From assembly GCA_038207335.1 (NCBI GenBank), contig JBBQZX010000021.1:32001-96000 (forward strand): a DNA stretch of 64,000 nt. Reading direction: 5' to 3'. The notes under the pieces are model-generated. The model had not been told where the DNA came from and made no database searches. It saw only the letters and a program-made list of their open reading frames with translations. Source of the stretch: Chthoniobacterales bacterium (lineage in GTDB: Bacteria; Verrucomicrobiota; Verrucomicrobiia; Chthoniobacterales; Chthoniobacteraceae). The position numbers and the translations under genes were made by a program. Positions 52,569 through 62,619 of the stretch are shown piece after piece (within the stretch, counting starts at the first letter, position 1; each line of letters begins with the position of its first letter).

Positions 52569-53363
52569 ATGAAAACGATACTGAAACTCGTGCTGCCGAT
52601 GCTCTCGGCGATGCTGCTGCTGCCGGCTGCCGCGCTGGCGGAAATCAAGACGGAGACCGTCGAATACAAGGAGGGGGAGACGGCACTGGAGGGCTTCGTG
52701 GCGTATGACGATGCGGTAAAAGGCGCGCGCCCGGGGGTGCTCGTGGTGCATGACTGGATGGGGCTGAAAGATCACACGAAGGGCGTGTGCGAGGATTTGG
52801 CGAAGCTGGGATACGTGGCGTTCGCGGCGGATATTTATGGGAAAGGCGTGCGCCCGGCGGACCGTGGCGAGGCAGGGAAGCTGGCGGGCAAATACAAGGC
52901 GGACCGCGCGCTGCTGCGCGAACGCGTGAAGGCGGGGCTCGCGCAACTCACCGGCAACAAGCTCGTGGAGCCCGGCAAGGTCGCGGCGATCGGGTTCTGC
53001 TTCGGCGGGACGACGGCGATCGAGCTGGGACGCAGCGGCGCGGACATCGCCGGGGTGGTGACTTTTCACGGCGGGCTCGACTTGCCGACGCCAGCGGATG
53101 GGAAGAATATCAAGGCGAAGATGCTGATCCTGCACGGCGCGGACGATCCTTTCGTGAAGCCGGAGGACATCGCGGCTTTCCGTGACGAATTGGACAAGGC
53201 CGGAGTCGATTGGCAGATGATCTACTACAGCGACGCGGTCCACGCCTTCACCGAGAAATACGTGGGCACCGACAAGGCAAGCGGAGCCGCCTACAACGAG
53301 AAAGCCGCACGCCGCTCCTGGCAGGCGATGAAGGATTTCTTCGGGGAGATTTTCGGGAAATAA
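52569..53363 (+). CDS. Secreted dienelactone hydrolase family protein
   Basis: GFCFGG nucleophile, HGADD, HAFT. Confidence 0.92.
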   Translation: MKTILKLVLPMLSAMLLLPAAALAEIKTETVEYKEGETALEGFVAYDDAVKGARPGVLVVHDWMGLKDHTKGVCEDLAKLGYVAFAADIYGKGVRPADRGEAGKLAGKYKADRALLRERVKAGLAQLTGNKLVEPGKVAAIGFCFGGTTAIELGRSGADIAGVVTFHGGLDLPTPADGKNIKAKMLILHGADDPFVKPEDIAAFRDELDKAGVDWQMIYYSDAVHAFTEKYVGTDKASGAAYNEKAARRSWQAMKDFFGEIFGK

Positions 53364-53462
53364 AGCGATCTAGCTGGTGAGAAGAGGGCGCGTGGATTGC
53401 CTCGCGCCAAAGTTTCTGAGTGCATGTGTCTCACGCACTCTCCCCGCTGCGACTCTCCAAAC

Positions 53463-54737
53463 ATGAACGCCCGCCTTTTTCTTCTCACGTTCGCAATAGC
53501 CTCGATGGCACTGGCTGCCGACTGGCCGCAATGGCGCGGCCCTGATCGAACGGGTTATGTGTCGGCTGGCGAAGCCGTCCCGACCGCACTCGGAGCGGAG
53601 TTGCCGGTGGTCTGGCATGTGCCGGTTGGGGATGGATTCGCTTCGCCGGTGGTCGCGGGCGGGCGCGTGTTTTATCTCGATCAAAAGGATGGAAATGAAA
53701 TCGCGCATGCCGCGGACGCCGCGACGGGAAAAGAACTGTGGCACGCGATGCTTTTCTCAGCGCATCGCGATGGATTTGGCATCGGTCCACGCTGCACTCC
53801 TGTGGCGGACTCAGCGGAGGGGCGCGTCTATTTTCAATCGGCCAAGGGCGAGTTGCAGTGTCTTGCCGCGAGCGATGGAAAGCAGATATGGCGGGTGAAT
53901 TACGTCACGGATCTCGGGGCGATCTACATCGGAGAAAAAGGAAAAGCGGCGGGCGCGAGTCGGCACGGAGCGGCAGGCTCGCCGATTATCGATGGGGAAA
54001 ACCTGATCGCACAGGTGGGCAGCGCAAGTGGCGCGAGCATCGTGGCTTTCGATAAAAAGACAGGCGCGGTGGTCTGGAAATCGCAGAGCGACCAGACGGC
54101 ATATGCGGCACCCCTCATCTCGGAAGTTGCCGGCGTGCGGCAGTTTATTTCATTCACCGCGGAGGCGCTCCTCGGGCTCGATCCGCGCGACGGAAGGCTG
54201 CTGTGGCGGCGTCCGCTCCAGACCGCGCTCGGGCGGCATGTGACGACTCCGGTGGTCGTCGGTGATCTCGTGATCGTGGCGTCGCACCAGATCGGGCTCG
54301 TGGCGACGCGCATCGCACGGGGAGGTGAGGGGCTCGTCGCGAGCGAAGCGTGGGTGAACAAAAACGCGGCGATGAATTTCACGAGTCCGGTGATCGTGGA
54401 CGGTTTTCTCTACGGCATCGGTCCCGCGAAAAATCTCGTCTGTGTGAACTGCAACACTGGCGAGATCGCATGGGAGAAGACCGGGCTGATTCAGACCAGC
54501 GGAGACAAAGCGGAGGCGGGTTTTCTCGTGATGGGGAAAAACATCGGGATGCTGACGGACACCGGAGTCTTCGTGCTCTTCGACGCCGATCCTCATGGAT
54601 ACAAGGAAAGCGGGCAGGCGCAGGTGTGCGGATTGACTTGGTGCAATCCGGCTTACGCTGCTGGGAAGCTGTATTTGCGCGATCAGCGCGAGTTGCGTTG
54701 CGTGAGTTTGCTGCCTGGCGCCGCGAACACTCATTGA
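53463..54737 (+). CDS. PQQ-like beta-propeller repeat protein
   Basis: ADWPQWRGPDR, GPRCTP, GSP, LYLRD. Confidence 0.88.
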   Translation: MNARLFLLTFAIASMALAADWPQWRGPDRTGYVSAGEAVPTALGAELPVVWHVPVGDGFASPVVAGGRVFYLDQKDGNEIAHAADAATGKELWHAMLFSAHRDGFGIGPRCTPVADSAEGRVYFQSAKGELQCLAASDGKQIWRVNYVTDLGAIYIGEKGKAAGASRHGAAGSPIIDGENLIAQVGSASGASIVAFDKKTGAVVWKSQSDQTAYAAPLISEVAGVRQFISFTAEALLGLDPRDGRLLWRRPLQTALGRHVTTPVVVGDLVIVASHQIGLVATRIARGGEGLVASEAWVNKNAAMNFTSPVIVDGFLYGIGPAKNLVCVNCNTGEIAWEKTGLIQTSGDKAEAGFLVMGKNIGMLTDTGVFVLFDADPHGYKESGQAQVCGLTWCNPAYAAGKLYLRDQRELRCVSLLPGAANTH

Positions 54738-54746
54738 ATTTCTACA

Positions 54747-55643
54747 ATGCCGCTCGCCGCTTTTCCAAAGTGCTATCTCGACGATCTCGTCGTGCACAAG
54801 ACGATGTCTGTCGAGCAGTGGATCGAGCGGGCGGCGGCGGAGCTGGATGTGGACGGGCTGGAGTTTTATTGGGGCTTCACGCCGGCGGAGGATGGCGCGG
54901 AGATGGACCGGCTGCGCGCGCTGGCTGAGGCGCGCGGGCTGGCGATTCCGATGATGTGTTATTCGCCGGATTTCACGCAGCCGGATGCGGCGACTCGTGC
55001 GCGCGAGGTTGCGCAGGAGCAGCGCGCGATCGAAGCGACGGCGCGACTTGGAGGAAAATTCTGCCGCGTGTTGAGCGGGCAGCGGCGGCCGGAAATCTCG
55101 ATCGCCGATGGCGTGAAAATGGCCGCGGATTGCATCTCGGCGTGCCTGCCAAAGGCGGAGGAGTGCGGAGTCACGCTCATCCTGGAGAATCACTACAAAG
55201 ACGGTTACTGGGAGTTCCCCGAGTTTGCGCAGAAGCGTGAAGTTTTCCGCCAACTCCTCGACGCGATCCCGCGGAGCCCGTGGTTCGGTGTGAATTACGA
55301 TCCGTCGAACGCCGTGATCGCCGGCGAAGACCCGCTCGTGCTGCTGGACGCGGTGAAAGATCGCGTCGTGACGATGCACGCGAGTGACCGTTTTTTCGAG
55401 GGCGGCGACGCCCACGACCTGCACCGCCTCGGCGCGCACAAAGGCTACGCGTCGATCCTGCGCCACGGCGTGATCGGGCGTGGCCTGAACGACTACGACG
55501 CTATTTTCTCCACGCTCAAATCGGCCGGATTCCAAGGCTGGATCAGCATCGAGGACGGCGACGATCCCGCCGTCGGGATGGAGCATCTCCGGCTCTCCGC
55601 CGAGTTTTTGCGCAAGAAAATGGCGCAGCACGGATTGCCCTGA
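54747..55643 (+). CDS. Sugar phosphate isomerase/epimerase (TIM barrel)
   Basis: LENHYKD, NYDPSN, MHASD, WISIED. Confidence 0.88.
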   Translation: MPLAAFPKCYLDDLVVHKTMSVEQWIERAAAELDVDGLEFYWGFTPAEDGAEMDRLRALAEARGLAIPMMCYSPDFTQPDAATRAREVAQEQRAIEATARLGGKFCRVLSGQRRPEISIADGVKMAADCISACLPKAEECGVTLILENHYKDGYWEFPEFAQKREVFRQLLDAIPRSPWFGVNYDPSNAVIAGEDPLVLLDAVKDRVVTMHASDRFFEGGDAHDLHRLGAHKGYASILRHGVIGRGLNDYDAIFSTLKSAGFQGWISIEDGDDPAVGMEHLRLSAEFLRKKMAQHGLP

Positions 55644-55673
55644 AAGCCCGCGAAACCTTCACCCAGACCCACC

Positions 55674-56708
55674 ATGATCGGCCTCGTCAATTACTCCTCC
55701 GAACCGCACTCCGTCGAACTCCGCGACCTTCCCAAGCCCGAGATCGGCGAGGACGACGTGCTGCTCTCCGTCGAGGCGGTGGGCGTGTGCGGCAGCGACC
55801 TGCACCAGTATTCCGGCAAGCAGAGCTGGAAGGTGAATTACCCAGTCGTGCTCGGGCATGAATTCGGCGGCGTGATCGCGCAGACGGGCAAGCGCGTGCG
55901 GAATTTCCGCGAGGGCGACCGCGTCGTGAGCGAGACGGCAGCGGTGCTCGACCTCGATTCACCGTTCACGCGCGCCGGGCAATACAATCTCGACCCAAAT
56001 CGCCTCGGCTTCGGATACGGCGTGAATGGCGCGATGACGAAATTCGTGCGCGTCCCCGAGCGCTGCCTTCATCGCGTGCCGGATGGCCTCGCTTTTGAAA
56101 AAGCCGCGCTCACCGAGCCCTGCTGCGTGGCCTACAACGCGGTCTGCATGAACGCCCACATCCGCCCCGGCGACAGCGTCGTGATCATCGGTCCCGGCCC
56201 GATCGGCCTGCTCTGCGCGCTCATGGCGCGGCTCTCCGGCGCGTCGCCGCTCATCGTGGTCGGAGTGAAGGCGGACGCCAAACGGCTGGCGGTCGCGCGC
56301 GAAATCGGGGCCACACACACGTTCGGCGAGAAGGGTGAAAATGTGAGCGAAGCCGTGCGCGCGCTCGGCGATGGACACGGCGCGGATGTGGTGATCGACG
56401 CCGCTGGAGTCAGCGCGACATTGAAGCTCGCGCTCGATCTCGTGCGCCCTGGCGGGCAGGTGAGCAAAGTCGGCTGGGGTCGCGAGCCGCTCGATTTTTC
56501 GCTCGATCCGCTCGTGGGAAAAGGGATCACGCTGCGCGGCAGTTTTTCGCACAACTGGCCGATGTGGGAAAAAGTGCTCGGGATGCTCGCGAGCGGGCAG
56601 ATTGACCTCGATCGCATCCTGAACCGCGTCGCGCCGCTCGAAGAATGGAAGAGCTGTTTCGACGAAATGCACTCCGGCGACCTTGTGAAAGCCGTGCTGA
56701 AACCGTGA
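55674..56708 (+). CDS. Zn-dependent (MDR) dehydrogenase
   Basis: GVCGSD, GHEFGG, GPGPIG; no structural-Zn Cys cluster. Confidence 0.92.
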   Translation: MIGLVNYSSEPHSVELRDLPKPEIGEDDVLLSVEAVGVCGSDLHQYSGKQSWKVNYPVVLGHEFGGVIAQTGKRVRNFREGDRVVSETAAVLDLDSPFTRAGQYNLDPNRLGFGYGVNGAMTKFVRVPERCLHRVPDGLAFEKAALTEPCCVAYNAVCMNAHIRPGDSVVIIGPGPIGLLCALMARLSGASPLIVVGVKADAKRLAVAREIGATHTFGEKGENVSEAVRALGDGHGADVVIDAAGVSATLKLALDLVRPGGQVSKVGWGREPLDFSLDPLVGKGITLRGSFSHNWPMWEKVLGMLASGQIDLDRILNRVAPLEEWKSCFDEMHSGDLVKAVLKP

Positions 56709-57511
56709 CGCGCCCACTGACCGGAAAAGTCGCTCTAGTGACTGGCTCGGCCTCCGGCATCGGCGAGGCGATCGCGCGGCGGCTCGCCGCCGATGGCGCG
56801 AATGTCGTCGTCCATGGGCAGCTCGCGCAGCAGGCTGCGGCGGAAAAGGTCGCCGGTGAGATTCGTGACGCGCACGGCGTCGAGGCCGAGGTGCGGCTCG
56901 CGCAGCTCGATGAGCCGGCATCATGCGCGGCGCTCGTCGAGGCGACGGTCGCGTGTTTTGGAAAGATCGACCTGCTCGTGAACAACGCGGGCATCTCGCC
57001 GCGCACCGATCTCGAAGGCACCGACTCCGCGTTTTTCGACCGCGTCATCGCAATCAATCTCCGCGCGCCGCTGCTGCTCATCCGCGCTGCGGTTCCGCAT
57101 TTCAAAAAGGAGGGCGGCGGACGCATTTTGAACATCGGCTCGATCAACGCCTACTGCGGCGAAGCCTGTCTGCTGGCTTATTCGATGAGCAAAGGCGGCC
57201 TCACGACCATGACGCGCAACCTCGCCGACGCGCTCGGCCGCGACGGCATCCGCGTGAATCAAATCAACCCCGGCTGGGTGCTCACCGACAACGAATACGC
57301 GACCAAGGTGGCTGAAGGCCTGGCAGCCGACTGGCCGCAAAATATCCCCCGCGAGCACGCCCCCGGCGGTCGCATTTTCACTCCCGCCGAGATCGCGGAT
57401 TTCGCGGCGCTTTTCCTCAGCGACACTGCCGAGCTCATGAGCGGCTCGATCATCGACATCGAGCAATTCCCCCTCGTCGGGCGAAACCCGGTGAAGGCGC
57501 AGGGGTTCTAA
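56705..57511 (+). CDS. Short-chain dehydrogenase/reductase
   Basis: TGSASGIG, NNAG, YSMSK; GTGA overlap with the upstream gene. Confidence 0.92.
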   Translation: MTRPLTGKVALVTGSASGIGEAIARRLAADGANVVVHGQLAQQAAAEKVAGEIRDAHGVEAEVRLAQLDEPASCAALVEATVACFGKIDLLVNNAGISPRTDLEGTDSAFFDRVIAINLRAPLLLIRAAVPHFKKEGGGRILNIGSINAYCGEACLLAYSMSKGGLTTMTRNLADALGRDGIRVNQINPGWVLTDNEYATKVAEGLAADWPQNIPREHAPGGRIFTPAEIADFAALFLSDTAELMSGSIIDIEQFPLVGRNPVKAQGF

Positions 57512-57529
57512 ATCCCGAGCGCGCGCGGC

Positions 57530-58207
57530 CTACTTCGTCGTCGGGAAATTGAACGCCGGGGTCGGTGCTTCCTTGTAGTCGCCGGGGATCGTGAAGAGCG
57601 CGGGATCGACGTTTTCCTCAGTCACCGTGACGAGCGTCGTCGTCACCTTTTGCCCGGCGATCGTGAGCTCGGTTTTCACTGGCATACCGGGGAAGTCGGA
57701 CGGCTTCGGAGTCATCGAACGCGCGAGCTGGGCGAGTCCGGCGTTCTGGATTTTCTCCATCGCCGCGAGAATGTCGGGATACTTGGGGTAGCCCTTCGCG
57801 ATCCAGTAGGTCGCGCTCACGCCCTCCGCGTCCCACTTGAAAATCTCGCAGTCGTAGGCTCCGACCTTCTCCTTCTTTCCGGTCGGCACGAGCATCGGCG
57901 CGGGGGCGGCGGCAGCGCCCGGGGCCTGTTTCTTTTGCATCTGCTCCATGAGGGCGCGCGTCCGGTCGGCCGGGATTTTCATGAAGGTCTTCTGCGAGTG
58001 CATGAGCGTGACCACGTCGCCGGTCGCGCCATCCGTGATCGTGCTCAGCGGCGGCGCGATGTCCGCGCGAGACTTGTCGCCCTTGATCTTCACCACCATC
58101 GTCCCCGTCTGCATGGCCCCCTCGACCTGCTGCGTGATGACGAAGTCCGCCCGCACGAAGCTCAGAAAGCCGAACAAGGTGACCGCGGCGAGGAAGCCAG
58201 TTTTCAT
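57530..58207 (-). CDS. Secreted DUF4412-like protein
   Basis: Signal peptide; TGKKEKVGAYDCE, YW, GMP, F.IP.DY. Confidence 0.75.
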   Translation of the reverse strand: MKTGFLAAVTLFGFLSFVRADFVITQQVEGAMQTGTMVVKIKGDKSRADIAPPLSTITDGATGDVVTLMHSQKTFMKIPADRTRALMEQMQKKQAPGAAAAPAPMLVPTGKKEKVGAYDCEIFKWDAEGVSATYWIAKGYPKYPDILAAMEKIQNAGLAQLARSMTPKPSDFPGMPVKTELTIAGQKVTTTLVTVTEENVDPALFTIPGDYKEAPTPAFNFPTTK

Positions 58208-58258
58208 ACGCAGGAACCTGTGCGAGACATCGCGGCAGCGAAAGCGGAAACCGGCCGA

Positions 58259-59233
58259 TCAGCGCGTCACCCGGGCTGGGACAGGAGCGGGGCCTACCTC
58301 CCTGTCGGGCCGGGCGTATTTCATCTGCACGAAAGGATTGTTGTTGCCCCACTTCGACCACGGACCTGTCGGTATGTCGCGGAACTCGACAAATCGCCAC
58401 TCCGTCACATCGACGTCTGCGAGTCCGAGGAAATCGCGAACCGCTGGCGAGACGCTCAACCCCGCACCTTTGATCGCGTTTGCCTTCGGGCGCTCGGAGC
58501 CGAAGACATATTGAAAGTGATCGGTGCGAGCCGGTCCGCAGTCGCTCCACTGCGCGTAGCAGCTTTTACCGTGTCCATTGCGGACCTCGACCCAGCGATC
58601 TTGACAGACGCTCTCCCCCTCGCGCTCGAAGGTCTGGCTGAACCACGGGATCACCACCCGCGCCTCCGGTTTCGTCGTGCCGCCCGTCACGTCGTTGTAT
58701 GGCAGCGCGATGTAAAACGGATTTTGCTGGGGTTGAAATTTGACCGAGATGGAGTTCCGCCGCGCGGTCGGGTCTGGATCATCGTAGCCTCCGAAATCCA
58801 TCTCCCAATTCGGATTCCACGCGCTCGCCTGACGCGCGGCCTTTCCTTTTCCGGGCAGCTTTTCGCCGATGGCGAAGACGTTCGTCACGATGGCCTTCCT
58901 CCACGGATACCGACCGGCCGACGGCGGACGTGCATCGATTGGACGGAGGACCGTAGGCTCCAGATGCAGCAAAGCCTCTTCGCGCAACTTCGCTGCGTTG
59001 CTGGCGAAATCCTCGCTGCTGCGAAAAGGCGTAGTCTGTCGGTCGCGGCGCTGGTCGGACGCTGTTGAGGCAGGCGTCGATGTTTTGGGAAGATCGGCGC
59101 TTTTTGGAGTCGCGAGCTCACGCTTGGCTTCTTCGGCTCCCGGACGAGGAGCTTTTTGGCAACCAGCGAACGCCGCGAGCATTGCGCAAACCGCGGCGGC
59201 GACGGCCCTCTGTTTGCGGAAATGCTTCTTCAT
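58259..59233 (-). CDS. Lipoprotein with putative DPBB (RlpA/barwin-like) domain
   Basis: Lipobox FAGC; NPFYIALPYND, YAQWSDCGP, GLSVSPAVRD. Confidence 0.65.
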   Translation of the reverse strand: MKKHFRKQRAVAAAVCAMLAAFAGCQKAPRPGAEEAKRELATPKSADLPKTSTPASTASDQRRDRQTTPFRSSEDFASNAAKLREEALLHLEPTVLRPIDARPPSAGRYPWRKAIVTNVFAIGEKLPGKGKAARQASAWNPNWEMDFGGYDDPDPTARRNSISVKFQPQQNPFYIALPYNDVTGGTTKPEARVVIPWFSQTFEREGESVCQDRWVEVRNGHGKSCYAQWSDCGPARTDHFQYVFGSERPKANAIKGAGLSVSPAVRDFLGLADVDVTEWRFVEFRDIPTGPWSKWGNNNPFVQMKYARPDREVGPAPVPARVTR

Positions 59234-59257
59234 CTTCACGGCTTCCGCCGAGACGGT

Positions 59258-60403
59258 CTAGGCCACTTTCGCGTGGGTGTTGGCGAGGTCGCGGGCGGGG
59301 TCGATGTGCCAGCGGGTGGCGGCTTGGGCGAGGTCGGAGGTGACGGGCCAGCGGTCGGCGAGGGGGTCGCCGGTGTTGATGGGGTTGGCGCCTTTGAGGT
59401 CCATGCAGCCGGTGTTGTCTCCGATGCGGCGGAGCTCTTCCATCTCGTCGGCGGTGAAGGTGATCTCGGGGAGATTCGCGAGGTCGCTGATCTTGTCCTC
59501 GATCGCTTTTGCGCCGGGGCTGGACTCTTGGATCATGGTGGGGATGACGCTGCGGACGGCGGGGTGCGAGAGATTCCAGATGCAGGAGAGCTGGAGCGGC
59601 GAGAGGCCGTGGCGCTCGGCGATGGGGAGCATCCGGTCGAGCTTGGCGCTGCCGACATCGACCCAGCCGGCGGGGCGAAAGGTGCGGTGATCGTATTTGG
59701 GGAATTCGTGCCCGGGCTTCACGTCGCCGTGGAAGAGGCCGCCGTAATCGACGACGCGCGTGATGATCTTGATGTCGTGCTTTTCCGCCGCGGGCAGGCA
59801 GAGGGAGCCGGGCCAGGGCTCGAGTGGATTGAGGATGATCATGGACCAGTCGAGCAGCGCGCCGAAGCGCTCGAAGCTGAGGATGACATCGAGAGTGAAG
59901 CCATTGGCCGGCCCCGGCGCGATGCCGATTTGCTCGCAGAGCCCCTCCTCGCGCATCCGGTCCATCGCGGTCCAGACGGCGTCGCTGGTGAAGCCGGTGC
60001 TGTCGGGATTGTGCAGCATGAGGCAGTCGAAGTGGTCGGTCTTGCAGCGCTCGAGCGACTTCTCGGTGGCCATGCGGATGTAGTCGAGAAAGTCGCGCGG
60101 CTGGCGGAGGCGGGAGTCGGTGAAGCGCGGGTAGCCTTTGGAGCCTTCGCGTTCGCCGTTGTAAAAGTCGTGGCCGATCATGCCGACGATGGCGTAGGTG
60201 TCGCGCGGGAGGCCGGCGAGGGCGCGGGCGAGCATTTCGTCGGCGGCGCCGTTGCCATAGACATCGGCGGTCATGAAGGTGCGAATGCCGGAGTCGTAGG
60301 CGTGGCGGATGACGGCGAGGAAGCGCTCGTCGTCGAGCGGTTCGCCAAAGTGCATGAAGCGTCCGCCGCTCCAAGTGCCGTATGCAGTGCGTGTGAGGTC
60401 CAT
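59258..60403 (-). CDS. Aldo/keto reductase
   Basis: TADVYGNG, SLERC..DHFD.LMLHNPD, QLS..W.L. Confidence 0.9.
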   Translation of the reverse strand: MDLTRTAYGTWSGGRFMHFGEPLDDERFLAVIRHAYDSGIRTFMTADVYGNGAADEMLARALAGLPRDTYAIVGMIGHDFYNGEREGSKGYPRFTDSRLRQPRDFLDYIRMATEKSLERCKTDHFDCLMLHNPDSTGFTSDAVWTAMDRMREEGLCEQIGIAPGPANGFTLDVILSFERFGALLDWSMIILNPLEPWPGSLCLPAAEKHDIKIITRVVDYGGLFHGDVKPGHEFPKYDHRTFRPAGWVDVGSAKLDRMLPIAERHGLSPLQLSCIWNLSHPAVRSVIPTMIQESSPGAKAIEDKISDLANLPEITFTADEMEELRRIGDNTGCMDLKGANPINTGDPLADRWPVTSDLAQAATRWHIDPARDLANTHAKVA

Positions 60404-60471
60404 AAAAAGAGGGCGGAATTTACGGGCGCGCGCGCCGCGAGGGAATGCGGATTTTACGAAATGCCGAGCGC

Positions 60472-62619
60472 CTATTGAGTGGGCGGTTGCTCGGGATTGG
60501 GCGGGAACCAGCGGATCGCGATGGCGGCTCTTCCGAGTTCGGTGTTTGCGCAGCGGCTTTCGATCGCGTTGTAAAAGCGCTCCGCGGAGTCGTGGTAGCG
60601 ATCTTTCAGCCAGCGGCCAGCCGTGTTCAAAACGATCGCCGTTTCTTCGCTGTTGTCGGGCATCAGCTTCGCGGCACGCCATGCGATGTCGGCGGCGATG
60701 AAGCGGTAATGGAAGCGTTCGTTCGGCTCGACAGGAGTGGCTTTCAATCGCGCGCGCTCCGAAGTCGTGAGCGGGACGACGAGCGGACGCACGGTGATCC
60801 GCTTGGTGTATCCGTCTGGGACATTCACCCATTTATGCTCGGTCCATTTGCCCGCAAGTCGCTCGGTTCTGATATTAGCGACTTCATAATTCCCGTCCCA
60901 GATGAAGCCGTCCGGCTCCACTTCGGTGCCGAGCAATTCCATTCCATCGGAACGCGCAATTTGCGCTGCCGCCCACAGCGCAGCAGCCCGCTTGGAGCGT
61001 GGCAATTTCGCGTCCTGCCCGCGCTTCAGACCGGCGGTGTATTCGTCGAGTTTCAAGCGGAGCGGCGCGGGGAAAAAGGGCCGCGCCTCTGCAAAGCGCC
61101 CGAGCCTTGCAAGCCGCCGGGCAAGCAACCACCGAACTTTCAAGGTGCCTCGGATTTCTCCCGGCATGAAGAATTGCCCGGAGCCCGCGACGCAGCGCTC
61201 CAACCATTCCGCATGCGTCTCTTTCGGTTGATTAGAGCCCTCGCGGACTTCGTCGCGCGCGACTTTAGCGTCCTGCTCCGCGCTCCAGGGATAGGTTTTG
61301 CGGACGATCGCGAGCAGTTCGCCAGTCGTCAGGACGCGCTCCGCGAGAAAGGCAGCGTCCTGCCAGACCCCGCCTTTCGCGAGCGTGAGAAAGGCCGCGG
61401 AAAATTCGTTTCGCGCGAGTTGCATCAGCCCGAGATCCGCCGTCGCGCTCTCGATTGGCATGGTTTCCCACGGTTCGGCGTCGCGCTGATCGAGTCCGTG
61501 AATCTGCGGAATTTGCGGAAGCGCTTTTGCCATCGCCGCCGTCGCATCAGCGAGTTTTCCGGCGCGAAAATCGAGCTTCGACTTGAGCCAAAGAGCGAGG
61601 CCGGAATTTGGGTCGGCGCGTTTCAGCCAGCGTTCGGCTTCGTCAAAATGGCCCGCCGTGTAAGCGGTCCAGCCGAGTCGCGCCGCGTCGCCGATGTTGG
61701 CTTGGTCCGAATTTTCCATCGCTGCCAGCCAGGCGGTTGACAAATCTCCGGGACCGTTCTCGCCTGCCTCACCGAGTGAAGATGTGACCATTCGCGAGAG
61801 GATGAATCGTGTGGCGACTGGCTCCAAAACAGCGTTTGCAGCGATTTTTTGAAGATCGGTGTCTGTGGTGACCAGTTGTTTTGCGACGCTCAAGAGCGAG
61901 TCCACGGCGGTGCGGTCGCCGGTGGCGAGTTGCTCGAGGTAGAGGCGGGCGGCGGGCTCGAGGGCGTTGTCGTTGAGTTCGGCGCGGGCCTCCCAGCCGA
62001 GGCTCGCGGCGGCGAGGCCGAGGGTGTCGGCAAAGCCCGCCTTTGCCTGCTCACGGACGGTGGTAAACCACTTTTTGGCGTCGGGACTTTTTTCCGCCAG
62101 GTCCAGCTTTCCGAGCATGAATGCCGCCCAGGTCGAGCGGTAGTGGCGCTGCGCTGCGGGGAGGGCGAGGAGTTCGGTCCACGCGGTGCGGGCGGCGGGC
62201 TTGTCGCCGCTGTGGAAGGCGCGTGCGCCGCGGTGGTAGATCGCGAATTCACTCGGGAATTCCTCCCCAGCGGCGGGTCCCCCGATGGCTTGCCTCGCCG
62301 CGAGATGCTGTGCTGTGGCTGCTTCCGCGTCGGGTGGGGCGATTGCGCGGGCCGCGAGCGCGTCGGCAAAATCGGCGGTATCGGCGTCCGCGCTTTCTTG
62401 CGATGGTGCGTCGTCTTTGCTCTGGGCAGGCTTCGCTTTGAATGGCCCGGCGAACGATTTCGCGAGGTCTTTCATCTCGATTTCAAAGTAGAACTCCGGT
62501 GCTGCGAGTACGGCCGAGCCGCCATTTTCCAAGTAACGATTTGGCAGCCACGGGCCACATGCGTGCGCGGTGGCGAGGAGCGCGAAAAGCGCGCCGCTAG
62601 TGAGGGTGAGTCGTGACAT
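60472..62619 (-). CDS. Secreted helical (TPR-like) protein, partner of DUF3142
   Basis: Signal + CGP; RHYRSTWAAFMLGK, GFAD.LGLAAASLGWEAR, DAAFLAERVLT, RFHYR. Confidence 0.78.
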   Translation of the reverse strand: MSRLTLTSGALFALLATAHACGPWLPNRYLENGGSAVLAAPEFYFEIEMKDLAKSFAGPFKAKPAQSKDDAPSQESADADTADFADALAARAIAPPDAEAATAQHLAARQAIGGPAAGEEFPSEFAIYHRGARAFHSGDKPAARTAWTELLALPAAQRHYRSTWAAFMLGKLDLAEKSPDAKKWFTTVREQAKAGFADTLGLAAASLGWEARAELNDNALEPAARLYLEQLATGDRTAVDSLLSVAKQLVTTDTDLQKIAANAVLEPVATRFILSRMVTSSLGEAGENGPGDLSTAWLAAMENSDQANIGDAARLGWTAYTAGHFDEAERWLKRADPNSGLALWLKSKLDFRAGKLADATAAMAKALPQIPQIHGLDQRDAEPWETMPIESATADLGLMQLARNEFSAAFLTLAKGGVWQDAAFLAERVLTTGELLAIVRKTYPWSAEQDAKVARDEVREGSNQPKETHAEWLERCVAGSGQFFMPGEIRGTLKVRWLLARRLARLGRFAEARPFFPAPLRLKLDEYTAGLKRGQDAKLPRSKRAAALWAAAQIARSDGMELLGTEVEPDGFIWDGNYEVANIRTERLAGKWTEHKWVNVPDGYTKRITVRPLVVPLTTSERARLKATPVEPNERFHYRFIAADIAWRAAKLMPDNSEETAIVLNTAGRWLKDRYHDSAERFYNAIESRCANTELGRAAIAIRWFPPNPEQPPTQ

